64,000 nucleotides of DNA. It comes from Lytechinus pictus (Eukaryota). Shown here one piece after another: positions 40,103-51,905 of this stretch; the stretch's first letter is position 1; each line of letters starts with the position of its first letter. Made by a program: the position numbers and the translations under genes. The notes under the pieces were generated by a model. It searched no databases. It was not told the DNA's origin and saw only the letters and a program-made list of their open reading frames with translations. The stretch spans positions 11,596,001 through 11,660,000 of the forward strand of contig NC_087252.1 in the NCBI RefSeq assembly GCF_037042905.1, read 5' to 3'.

Positions 40103-42638
40103 TAGGAGTGGGCTATAAATGGGTGATTTTTGGTTTTACTGTGCCAACAGTTTTTTTGTATTCCTTTAACCTTATCTCAACATGAAATGATAATATTTTT
40201 TGTCTCGGGTCCAATAAAAGTGTGCCCGGCCAAAATCCAAAATGGCCGCCAAAACCCCCCAAAATTACAGTTTTGGCCACTTCTTTATTTGGTGGTCTTT
40301 TTCTCTGGTTTTGGTGTCTATTCATATGTTTTTTGGGGCAGGCGATTTGTTTTTCCTAAAATTAGTACCTTTAAACCTTTATTTGTAGAGTTATAAGGTG
40401 ATTTTACTTAAATTTACTAACTTTTAGACCCTTTTTTCAGCCAAAAATTAGGTTTCATTGTCTCATGGTTCTTAGATATATTAGATGATACCAGTTGAAC
40501 AGCTTCATATAGATATAGAGCTTTTATATCTTTAAATTGAGGTTGACGGATATTTGCAAAATATATCTTATCAAATAAAAGAAAAAGTCATTTGTCCATA
40601 GGGGCTGTAATGTACTGTACATACTACACTGCATATATCCATGCATTGACCACCATGACATACAGTGCGTCCCAGAAAAAACGAAACCGAGATTTATCGA
40701 TGATTTATCATAACTTAATCATTAATAAAATAAACAAATGACCTACCATTTTAAAGCTTAGAATCTCCTCTTTCATCTGCAATTACTTAGATTATTTCTC
40801 ATTCACGCATGAGTGAGCCAAAACAATTTGAAGAGGGGATACCAAAAAGTCACTTGGCGGGCTGTATCTGGGTTTCAAAAAGAAAACCACATTTATAAAA
40901 AGTTCAATATCTGCTCTTTAATTTGATACCTCAATTACAGAAAATGGTCAAGAAATAGAAAAGTTCTGGCTATTTGAAATAAGGCTTGAATTTCAATAAT
41001 TTCATAAAATGAAGAGGTTTTACAGGCTAGCGTTCAAACTCACTCGACACTCCGTTTTGTTGACGATCAGCCATGCATTAAGTCTTTTGTTAACCGTGTG
41101 ATAGCTTCTGTGGGAAATCGGTGAAAACAAGTTTATTTAATGAAATTATGGAAATACAAGCATCGTTTCTCGGGAGCATAACTTTTTTACTTCTTGACCA
41201 TTTTCTGTGATTAAGGTATCAAATAAAAGAGCAGATATTGAACTTTTTATAAATGTGGTTTTCTTTTTGAAATTCAGATACCCTCCGCAAAATGAGTTTT
41301 TGGTATCCTTTCTTCAAATTGTTTTTGCTCACTCATGCGTGAATAAGGAATAATCTAAGTAATATCAGATGAAAGAGGAGATTCTAAGCTTTACATTGGT
41401 AGGTCATTTGTCTATTTTATTAATGATTAAGTTATGATAAATCATCGCTAAATCTCGGTTTCGTTTTTTCTGGGACGCACTGTATAACAAGTCCTGTATA
41501 TAAACTATAGTGTCATAGAATTGAGCTCCTGAGGTTTAGAATTAGATTGTTACTTGTGAATTTGATTGCTTGTTAGCTGATATACATGATGGAAATATAC
41601 AACCCGATGATAAACATAAATTGCACATACATTGTAAACATCATGTACATGTACGCATATCACATTTTAGCCATACATCTATCTTCTTCATTTGGAGGCT
41701 TGTTTTTACCTGGTTGTGTCTAACCCCATGTTTATGTTGTCAGTTAACTACCATGGTAACGCTGATCAACAGCCAATCAGAATCAAGGATTCTATGCAAG
41801 TTACAATTGAATGGCAAAGTTACCATAATGCTAGCAGAATAGCCACAGTGTAAATGCCATAATGTGGGGTTGACTATAATCCATTGTTAATTATTTTACC
41901 CTCTCCGCCCCCTGAATGAGCATATTTGACAAAACATGTCTTCAATTTCTGAGACAAAACAACAGTATCTTCAATTTCTGGGGCATCTAATTCAAGAGAT
42001 CATTTCTATGACACTATAATTTATATAGATCTACCTGTAGACCTTGCCATGGTGGTCAATGCATTGACGTATGCAGGGCGGTATGTACAATACATGTACA
42101 TTGTATACTGTATATATGGCCCCTATGGATAAATAACATTTTTTATTAGTAAGATATATTTCGAAAATATCCGTAGAACCCAAAGTGAGGAATAAGAGCA
42201 ACATAGCTATATGAAACTACTTGCTATTGTGAAACTCGTATCGTCCAATATCCAAGAACCACAAGACGATGAAACCTAATTTTTGGCTGAAAAATGGGTC
42301 TAAAAATGTGTAAATTTAGGTAAAATAACCCTTTAACTCTATAAATAATGGTTTTTAAGTACTAACATCAGGTAAAACAGATTGCCTGCCCCACATAACA
42401 TATGAATAGACACCAAAACCAGAGAAAAAACCACCAAATAAAGAAGTTGTGGCCAAAATTGTGATTTTGGGGGGTTTTGGCGGCCATTTTGGATTTTGGC
42501 CCGGCACACTTTTTTCTCGGACCCGAGACAAGAAATATTGTCATTTCATGTTGAGATACATTACAAGGAATCAATAAAAACTGTTGTCATATTAAATTGA
42601 CAAAAAAGTATTTTTGACCCATGTATAGCCCACTCCTA
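40103..42638. mobile_element. Foldback element with ~600-bp TIRs and 7-bp TSD
   Basis: TAGGAGTGGGCTATA...TATAGCCCACTCCTA; TTGGTAT at 40096-40102 and 42639-42645; arm similarity continues past the nested Tc1 insert. Confidence 0.88.
40663..41482. mobile_element. Tc1/mariner-type MITE with long TIRs, nested in the foldback arm
   Basis: CAGTGCGTCCCAGAAAAAACGAAACCGAGATTTA and its reverse complement at the right end; TA duplication. Confidence 0.92.
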
Positions 42639-43188
42639 TTGGTATGCTATTATTATATACAACTTTGGCGGAATGACTCTGGTCAATAAAGATCTGACCA
42701 TTAAAACATAGATACTTTTCCAGTCGATTCCTTTTGTTTTTCTTTTGGGTACATAACTTCTCGCTATGTCAATTTCTCTTCGTTTGTATTCCCTTCTCTC
42801 TTCTGTCCCAGATGCCTATTATGGCCAAGAATTAAATGACGTACGTACCTTGTAGGTGAATACCAACGATGATGTGTATATATTCTTAAAAACTTAATAT
42901 GTAACTAATATGTTTGCATTATCAGCTGCCATGAACTTCAAATAAACCCTTCTACACGCTTGTGCAATATGGTATTCTTGATGTTATTATTTTTGACTGA
43001 TATAAAATATCCTACAATGCCTAAATGTGGTCAAACTTCATATATCGCTCCATATCATAATAAGATTCTACTGAGGAGAGATGAAACTATTATGTAAAAC
43101 GGATGACTTGATAATTACAAAACTTGGGTGTTAAAACAAAAACCAATCAGGCGGATTACAACGTGAGTATTTAGACTTGAATCCTACA

Positions 43189-43406
43189 CAGTGGCGTACC
43201 TAGGATTTTCCACAGGGGGAGCAAAATCGGCCGCCAAAAAATTTGACAAGCAAAAAAAAAAAAAAAAAAAAAAAAGGTCTTCAATAAAAATATATAGGTT
43301 TTCGTACCAGAAAAAAAATTGACAAGCAAAAAAAAAAAAAAAAAAAAAACAAGGTCTTCAATAAAAAAATAAAATATAGGTTTTCGTACCAGAAAAAAAA
43401 TTGACA

Positions 43407-43448
<42 letters not shown>

Positions 43449-43602
43449 TCTTCAAGCTCGTCAGGGGGGCAATAAAGGTCTTTAAGCTCGTCAGGGGGGG
43501 CAGGTATATGTCTTTTGTATGGGTTGTTGCTCATCAGGGGGGGCAGTCTGCCCCCCCTGATGAGCAACCGTAGGTACCGTAGGTACCGTAGGTACGCTAG
43601 TG
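43189..43602. mobile_element. hAT-type MITE, family B
   Basis: Same TIRs as 34594-35223; TSD ATCCTACA (43181-43188, 43603-43610). Confidence 0.92.
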
Positions 43603-43729
43603 ATCCTACAGTATTAACATGGCACACCCATATGTTATGAAGTAATACTGTAAATTTAACACTGGAGTAAAATGAGAGATATGGTGCTCCATGTACACTG
43701 GTTAACAGCACAGTTTTGCAGTATATATC

Positions 43730-43895
43730 TAGTCTACAGGCACAGACCTTGGTTTCGCAATTCGCATACTGAATAATGCAGAGTCTGAAGTAGTGAGACT
43801 ATAGATTCACTGTGTACAGAGTCTTTGGAGTCTAGTCTTCAATCTAGACCTGTTATTGGTTGAAGAGTCAAATATGAGTCTGTGCTTGCAGACTA
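43730..43895. mobile_element. Small TAG-terminus MITE (Academ-like)
   Basis: TAGTCTACAGGCACAGAC...GTCTGTGCTTGCAGACTA; weak 9-bp TSD (6/9). Confidence 0.5.
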
Positions 43896-44839
43896 GTATA
43901 TGCATAATCCTCTGTCCTATCTACATGTCGGTACATTCCCTGCTTGGGTGTATGTATGAACATTGTAACTTTTGGAAACTGAATTGAGAAAACAAACAAT
44001 ACACCTATTCAAAGTAATTACTGCAAATATGAATGCATGGGACATTTTCAATTTAGAGAGCAATTGATACATAATTTTATGTTTAATAAAATGACTGAAT
44101 GAAAGTCGATAATCAAAGAAATATATTTTTTCTTAAATTGTAGTCACTATACCAAATTATGTAAAAGATAGGAATTGATATAGTATACACTTCCTTGCAT
44201 AAGACACAATTCAAGTTGTAATGATAGGTATATGGGACATTCAATACATGTAGGTAATTTTCAAGGCAATAAATTGTAAAATATATTTGTTCGACAAAAA
44301 CATCTACAACTTGTCATGAAATTAGGAAATTCTCAGGAGGATCAGAGCGTATATTATCAACCATACAAATGTAATGAACAGTTATTCTGACAGAAACAAG
44401 ATGGGTCTTAGAGGGTCCCTGTGGAACCCCATTTTAGCTGAAGTCTGCAGGCAACAGAACACTGACAATTTAGACAATTATATGTTACTAGAGGGGATCA
44501 CAAATAACAACCAAAGTGCAAACAGGAGTCTTTCATTTCTGAAAGTAACAGTCATTAACCCTTATATCCTCGGAAGATTTACATGTCACCCAGTGTGTGA
44601 AAACCGAATGATGTATTGGTTCATACGTAATAGACTACTTTTAAACATATTCATATTGCACACCAGTCTTTGGCAATTGCATACTATAGGCCTGAACATG
44701 AATACCTACAGTACATTCATCACTGCCAAACATTATCACAAGTTATATTTCAAATGACCCACAAGGCATACATTTGTCTTGGAAATTTAAATATAATTTG
44801 GTATAATCTAATATTTCTGTGTTCCCAATAAATTTGAAT

Positions 44840-47800
44840 TTATAAAGGCAAAGTTACCTGTATCCCTGTTCTTAGATTTTGAGTAAGCTCCATAGCGATA
44901 TAGGTGGATGTTTCATAAAGCTTTTCACAAGTTATGAACGAATTTACACACGACTTGTGACTTTTCTTGTGTGCTTTGTTGTATATCCCTGTGTAGTTGG
45001 CTTACCACCATAAGAACATGTTCCAGTTGTGCATGAATTTATGCATAACTTTAGGAACATCTTTATGAAACACCAACCAGGTAACTTTGCCAAAATCTAA
45101 CCTATTGGGACCACACTTACTTTTTGAATTTGACTTAATTTGTTGAACAAGATTATATGCATAAAGCATGATCCACCAATCCATTCGTTCGTGAAAACAT
45201 GTATAAACTTAAGAACAGCTTCATGTAACATCACCCAGGCAGCATAAAGGACATATGTGACTGCTCACTTGCATGAGGAACTCCACAGAAGTGGAAGAAA
45301 GCTTGCCACATAAAGGCAGAATTGCTTCATTTCATGATTATCCCCAGCAGATTAACAACAGTCAAACATGTCTAGTTGCAAGCTGCATATATTGTTAGTT
45401 GCTTTGACTTGCCAGTAGCTGAATATTCAACTTCTGGAAGGTCAGCTTAGGCAGAGTTACCTATACCCAGCACTATAGTCCTACTCAGATTTCTCTGCAA
45501 TGGGCCCAAGTAAAGTAATGATAATAGATAATGCATGAAATATAAGCACCCAATATCTTTAGTATGGGGTTGGCATAAAGCTACATGTACAGATAATGTA
45601 ACAGGCTCTTGAAGACAGAACCTACATCCGTGCACATCTACAGTGGTGCCAGAAGATTCTTGGTCAAATTTCTTAAAGACTTGCTTTAATAAACAAATGC
45701 ATAATTCAAATAACAATTTTACTATCAGCCTATCAAATGGAACAAAATTGAATCAAATTGGGGTTATCCATTGAGTGTCAACAATGGATCACCTCTCCTT
45801 CTCCCTGTTCAGAACATTCCAGCACCACTGGCAAGGAGAATTTGCGTCTACGATATTCTGTATTCATAAAAACAACATTTTGTAGGAAAATAGACATGAA
45901 TGTCCAAGTCATCATTCAACACAATTTGCATCTGTAATCAAAGCCTGCAAGATTGATACCTCGCAAGAAATGCATACTAACCTTGTACAGCACAGATGCA
46001 ATCATCTTACACAGTGATCACAGCTAATCCATGTTTCATTGTCTCCGCTGGATTTCTGACAAGCGGGGAGAACAGGGAGAACATAGATTTCCTGATGACA
46101 TACTTGTTACAGTCTTTATATTTGGCACTAGCTTCTACAATTAGTTCCTTCTGCGACTCATCAACATCACTTCCATGCTCTATGTTCTCCTTGCTTGGTA
46201 GCTTCTGGTTTTCTTTCTTCCATTCCACATCAAACAAGTTTGCGTGAGGTCATTTCAAATTCACTTGAAACCTGGGCTAAACATAGCCAACTATACAGAG
46301 CTGACAACCTTTAAAAGTAAAAAGTAGTGATCTAGAAGCTCAAAAGTCACAATTTTGAGATTAAAACACTTATTCGCTCTTATTTAAATCCAATAGTAAA
46401 AATTGGGAGCTCTGACTATATATACAACAACATTCATTGGTGCCGCCGGATGTCATACAAGCAGGGCAAAGATAGATTTTCAGATCTCTTCTATAACAGT
46501 CTTTATATTTGACACTGTTCTAACCTTGTCTTTAGTTTCTATGATCAATTCCGTTTGCGACTCATCAGCATAATTTTCTTCACGTTTCACCTTCCTCTTC
46601 TTTTTCTTGCTTCCTTCTTTTTGCTTGCTACCTTTCCTCTTTATTCCTTTCTGTTTTGATTGCTTTGATTTCTTCTCCTTCTTTTTATGTTTCTTCTTTA
46701 CCGCTCTCTTTACTTTCTTCACTTTCTTTGTCTTATCTATCTTTGCCTCTTCGAAATTTGCCCTTCTTTTCCTTCCATCCTCTTTGATTTGCTCCTTCAT
46801 CATTGCTTCATGTCGATGTTACATTCACTGTTCATTATCTCAATAGCATGCACTTTGTTTTTCTGTTGAATCTCACCCTTGCTCAATAGGAGTGATCTCT
46901 CAAGATTCTTCTCAAACGGCAATACTGGAAGAGGTGTAGATACATGTACAGTGACTTCAGTTGCACTTTTACCTTTCTTGCTGAGCACCGTTACTTGGTT
47001 TGCTGCATCAAGATCATAATTTTTTAATACTTTTTCCATCATTTCTTCCGTCTTTTCTTCAATCTCTTCTTCTGTCTCCTTTTCCTTGTCCCTCTGTTTT
47101 TTCTCTCTCATCTTTCTCCCGTCAATCTTTCTCTGTTCCTCGATATCACCTTTTTTCTTGGACGGACGAATTGGAAGAATTCAGCCACGGTGATAGCTGG
47201 AGGAGGCAGTCCCTTTGGCTTCTGTTGGTCTTGGCACATCCCTGGAGGAGCGCCTAAGCATGCACTCTTTGGATGGTGGATACCTGTAGGTTCCTTTGCC
47301 TCGAGGAGTGTGGGCACCACCTGCTTGAAGTGGCTCCGCGTCAACACTCCTTCCTTTGGCAGTGTGGACCTGGTTGATGATGCTGAACTTCCCACTGGGC
47401 AAGTTGTTACCGATTACCAATTTTACCGGATATTACCGGTAATCCTATCACCCGGAAATTTGAGTAACACCAAATTTTACCGTCATTACCACATGCTATT
47501 ACCGAAATTATAATTCCTGTTGCTACCTGTTACGTTTATCACCCTGATGAAACCGACAGTTACCTATAGTTACAACAGGGTGATGATGGGTAATAAGGGT
47601 AATGTTGAATGACTTTGATTGCTTATAACTTTGCAAACTTTAGTAATAACAGTAATCTTACAGCAATCCCAGCGAAATTCTCAAAGTCCAAAAAATCACT
47701 GTTATCACCCTGATGAAACCAACATTTTACCCAGTTACAACAGGGTGATGAGGGGTAATTTGGGGTAATGTTGAATGACTTTGATTGTTAATAACATTGC

Positions 47801-48720
47801 AAACTATGGGGCCCAGATAGGACCCAGATGGAAACGAGACCTCGATCCAACCCATGCGGAACCCATAAATGGAGTAATATCAGGAAAAATGCTGGGAATA
47901 TTAGTTACTCATGAATATTCATTACTACAATAAATGGCCAAATTTTTAGCTATATAATACCGGTAGCTGTTATAATTAATGTGTTTATGTTTATGCAATG
48001 ATTCCACCCAGAAAAGTTTCATAAAAATATGTAGTTTATATATCATATTATTCATAATCATGACATTTAATTTTAAATGTTTTAGGGTTAAATAATTGTT
48101 AACCATGCATAATTTATAATACAATATATAGAAGTCAATGACAGGACTCGGTGGATAGATGTTAGGATAGGATTAGGATAAATATATGATTATGATTAGG
48201 ATGTAGGATTTTAGGATAGTATGAGATGATATGGCTTAATTAGAGTAAGGAGTTGTAAAAATGTGCTTTAATGACCTCAATGACACTAATTGTTTTTTAA
48301 TGAGCCCACATTAATTGGGTAATATTGGGTAAACTGAGTAATATCATGAAAATTCTTGAAATATTAGTTACATCATATACTGGTTATGGGTAAATGGATT
48401 AATATCAGGTGGTATACATATCATGAAAATGCTGGAAATAGTATAGTTACATCATTCTGAGAAATATTGGGTAAATGGAGTAATATCAGGTCCAGGTAAT
48501 AGCAGGGAATGATTGGTCTACTCAGTCCAAGCTCTGCAAATAGTTGGGAAGAGAAGAGACCCAACTTATGCCCTGTGTAAACTTGAAGAGGACGCTCCAG
48601 AGCATCCTGCTCCGAATCCTGCTCCACCTACGCAAGACTCTCTTGGACGATTACCCTATGATGATGCTCCCTCCTTCACCCTCTAAATGCCTTGATCCTA
48701 AAAGCTACCCTGTTCAAACG
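44840..48720 (-). pseudogene. Decayed multi-exon gene of unknown family with a Lys/Glu-rich region, head-to-head with PPOX
   Basis: Protein-like ORFs 46007-46237, 46480-46803, 46800-47111, 47108-47395, 48421-48627 joined by stops or frameshifts; small AG..GT-bounded segments near 45800, 45480 and 44860. Confidence 0.4.
47391..48507. mobile_element. CCC...GGG-terminus element with TTACC/GGTAA subterminal repeats
   Basis: Sharp compositional break inside coding-like DNA; internal duplication ~47537-47645 vs ~47703-47805; 48137-48300 resembles 8622-8780. Confidence 0.6.
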
Positions 48721-48804
48721 AGAGACTAACTGGAGAGAGGGAGCTGAGAGAGAGCACTCACTCCACATATTAATATGCATGCAGCGCAGCAGCTCAGTAG
48801 ACCT

Positions 48805-49293
48805 TAGCCTCTTGTCGAGGCCCTGGCGGCTGCTTCCCGAGCGAAGCGAATTAGGCCTGGCGCGAGCCATGTTCGCTCGGAAAGCAGCCGACAGGGCCGG
48901 CCGCGCGTTTCCGTTTTACACCCTGGCGAAGGCATTTTCCGCAAAAATAGCCACAAAGCGACTAGTGAAGAGTCTACACACGTCGCTGGTTGCAGCGTGC
49001 GACACAGGCGAGCCCAAAGGGCGAGCCCCACACCACCGCATGCAATCTGCACAGTTACTGATCAGAGCATAGAGTTCCTCGGCACTTCATGTACAGAGAG
49101 CAGTCATATGAGTGAAATCCGAACATGCTTTTGCAGTTACGTTATGAAAAGTTATGAATATAAATTATTAACTAAATGAATAGAATGACAGACAAAATAA
49201 AAATAAACAGATACATATAGAAAGAAAATTGAAGTTTGATGGATTGATACACTTAGATGCAGAAAGATAGAAATAGAACTAATAGATAGAGAC

Positions 49294-49339
<46 letters not shown>

Positions 49340-49766
49340 GAATAGATAGATAGAAGTAGAGAGAGAGAGAGAGAAAGACAGAGAGATTGATAGATAGATA
49401 GATAGATAGATGGGGGGGAGAGAACTTGAGAGATGGAGAGATGTTATAGATAAATAGATAGATATATAGATATATGGACGGATAAAGAGAAATAGAGAGA
49501 GAGAAAAAAAGACAGACAGATGGATAGATAGAGAGAGAAAGAGAGAGAGAGAGAATCTGAGAGATAGATAGATGTTAGATAGATAGATAAAGAATGAGAG
49601 AGACAGAGAAGATAGACAAATTAACAGATAAATAGAAACTGTAGTTACATAGATAGATAAATAGATAGATAGAAGATAGATAGAGAGAAATAGAGAAATA
49701 CAGACAGATGGATAGATATATAGAGGGGGGAGAGAGAGATAGAGAATTTGAGAGATAGGTACATGT

Positions 49767-49817
<51 letters not shown>

Positions 49818-50099
49818 AGAATGAGAGAGACAGAGAAGATAGATAAATTAACAGATAGATACTGTAGTTACATAGATAGATAAATAGATAAAAGATAGAT
49901 AGATAGATAGATGGGGGAGAGAACTTGAGAGATGGAGAGATGTTATAGATAGATAGATATGTATATATATGGACGGAAAAGGAGAAATAGAGAAAGAGAG
50001 AAAAAAAGACAAACAGATCGATAGATAGATAGAGGGAGAGAGAGATAGAGAATTAGAAAGATAGATAGATGTTAGATAGATATATAGATAGATAGATAA

Positions 50100-50147
<48 letters not shown>

Positions 50148-50539
50148 AGAATGAGAGAGACAGAGAAGATAGACAAATTAATAGATAGATAGATACTGTA
50201 GTTACATAGATAGATAGATAAATAGATAGATAGAAGATAGATAGATAGAGAGAAATAGAGAAAGACAGACAGATGGATAGATAGGGGGAGAGAGGGAGAG
50301 AGAGAGAGATAGATAATTTGAGAGATAGGTAGATGTTAGATGGATAGATAGATAAAGAATGAGAGAGACAGAGAAGATATACAAATTAACAGATAGATAG
50401 ATACTGTCGTTACATAGATAGAAGATAGATAGATAGATAGATGGGGGAGAGAACTTGAGAGAGGGAGATATGTTATAGATAGATAGATATATATGGACGG
50501 AAAAAGAGAAATAGAGAAAGAGAGAAAACAAGACAGATG

Positions 50540-50579
<40 letters not shown>

Positions 50580-51758
50580 TATAGATAGATAGAGGGAGAG
50601 AGATAGAGAGAGATAGATAGATAAACTTGAATGAGAGAGACAGAGAAGATTAATAGATAGATACTGTAGTTACATAGATAGATAGATAGATATAGATAGA
50701 TATATAATTTGAGAGATAGATACATAGGATAGAGAGAAAAAGACAGACAGATGGATAGATAGATAGAGAGAATTTGAGAGACATACAGACAGATGGATAG
50801 AGAGAATTCGAGAGATAGATAAAAAAGAAGTGTATCATAAATAAATACAAAAGGCCAAAAGTAAAGTGTCACCAAAGAAGAAAAAAGCGGAATGAAAGAT
50901 TAAGAAGAAAGAGGTGAGAGAAGGGAAAGAAATTGGGATAAGACAAAGAGACGGGAAAGCAAGAGGTGGAATTTGAAAGAGAATAGGAGGCAACCTTCAG
51001 AAGAAAAAAAAACTCATTATGCAATACGAGACATTTAACAATGGTAACAAGTAAATAAAGTAGTAATTGAATCGAATCTTGCACAAAAAAAAGGAAAAGT
51101 AGAGCTGAGGAAATAGACTCCCGAAGGAAGTCGAAGCAGTGTTGATATTGCACATGAGTATAGATTAACAGATGGAGAGAGAGAAATAAAAGAGAGACAG
51201 ATGGATAGATAGAGAGTTTGAGAGATATATGTTAGATGGATAGATAGATAGACAGATAGATAGGTAGATAGAGAATGAGAGAGACAGAGTAGATAGACAA
51301 ATTAACAGATAGATATATCATGTAGTACCATACTATAGATTGATTTATAACATAGATAGTGGATAGACAGATATGATAGATATAAGGATAGATATAATAT
51401 GAAAAAAAAGTAATTATGTGTTTTATTTTTCAATATTTTAGCTATTATTCGTTTTCATTCATATAATATAAACGATCATGTGCGATAAAGTAAAAAAAAT
51501 CATGAAGCCAACGTATATATAGTTCAGCGGAACAACCAAAATACAGAGACTGAAGCTTTTGGTCTATAAGCTCAGCTGCATTTGCACGTATGTTCTGTGG
51601 ATATCTTCGGTGCGGACTTTCGGATCGCGCGCCCAGCTGATTATGTAAACAAACGTAGACGTAGACTCTTCACTAGTCGCTTTGTGGCTATTTTTCCGGA
51701 AAATGCCTTCGCCAGGGTGTAAAACGGAAACGCGCGGGCCGCGCTCGACAAGAGGCTA
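48805..51758. mobile_element. Non-autonomous TAG-terminus TIR element (AcademH-like) carrying GATA satellite
   Basis: ~100-bp TIR TAGCCTCTTGTCGAG...GAAGAGTCTAC, mirrored at 51661-51758; 9-bp TSD AGTAGACCT / CGTAGACCT (8/9). Confidence 0.85.
49270..51395. repeat. (GATA)n/(GA)n complex satellite with higher-order units
   Basis: GATA runs interleaved with recurring blocks AAAGAATGAGAGAGACAGAGAAGAT, GATACTGTAGTTACAT and GGGGGAGAGAACTTGAGAGA. Confidence 0.95.
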
Positions 51759-51779
51759 CGTAGACCTTTGACGGAGAAC

Positions 51780-51905
51780 ATGGCGACCAAGCAAGCGGGA
51801 ACGGTAGTGTTGGGCGGCGGAATTTCAGGACTTGCAGCTGCATTTTATTCCAGAGTCTCTCAAATTGGAGAAAACAAATTAGTTCATCCTCATGGCCAAG
51901 AGAAG
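51780..51905 (+). CDS. PPOX: Protoporphyrinogen oxidase, coding exon 1 (42 codons)
   Basis: MATKQAGTVVLGGGISGLAAAFY (FAD-binding GxGxxG, as in the PPOX N-terminus); donor AAG|GT at 51905/51906, phase 0. Confidence 0.88.

Noticed and set aside
50202..50875. YLSI-rich ORFs
   Set aside because: Translations of (TATC)n satellite
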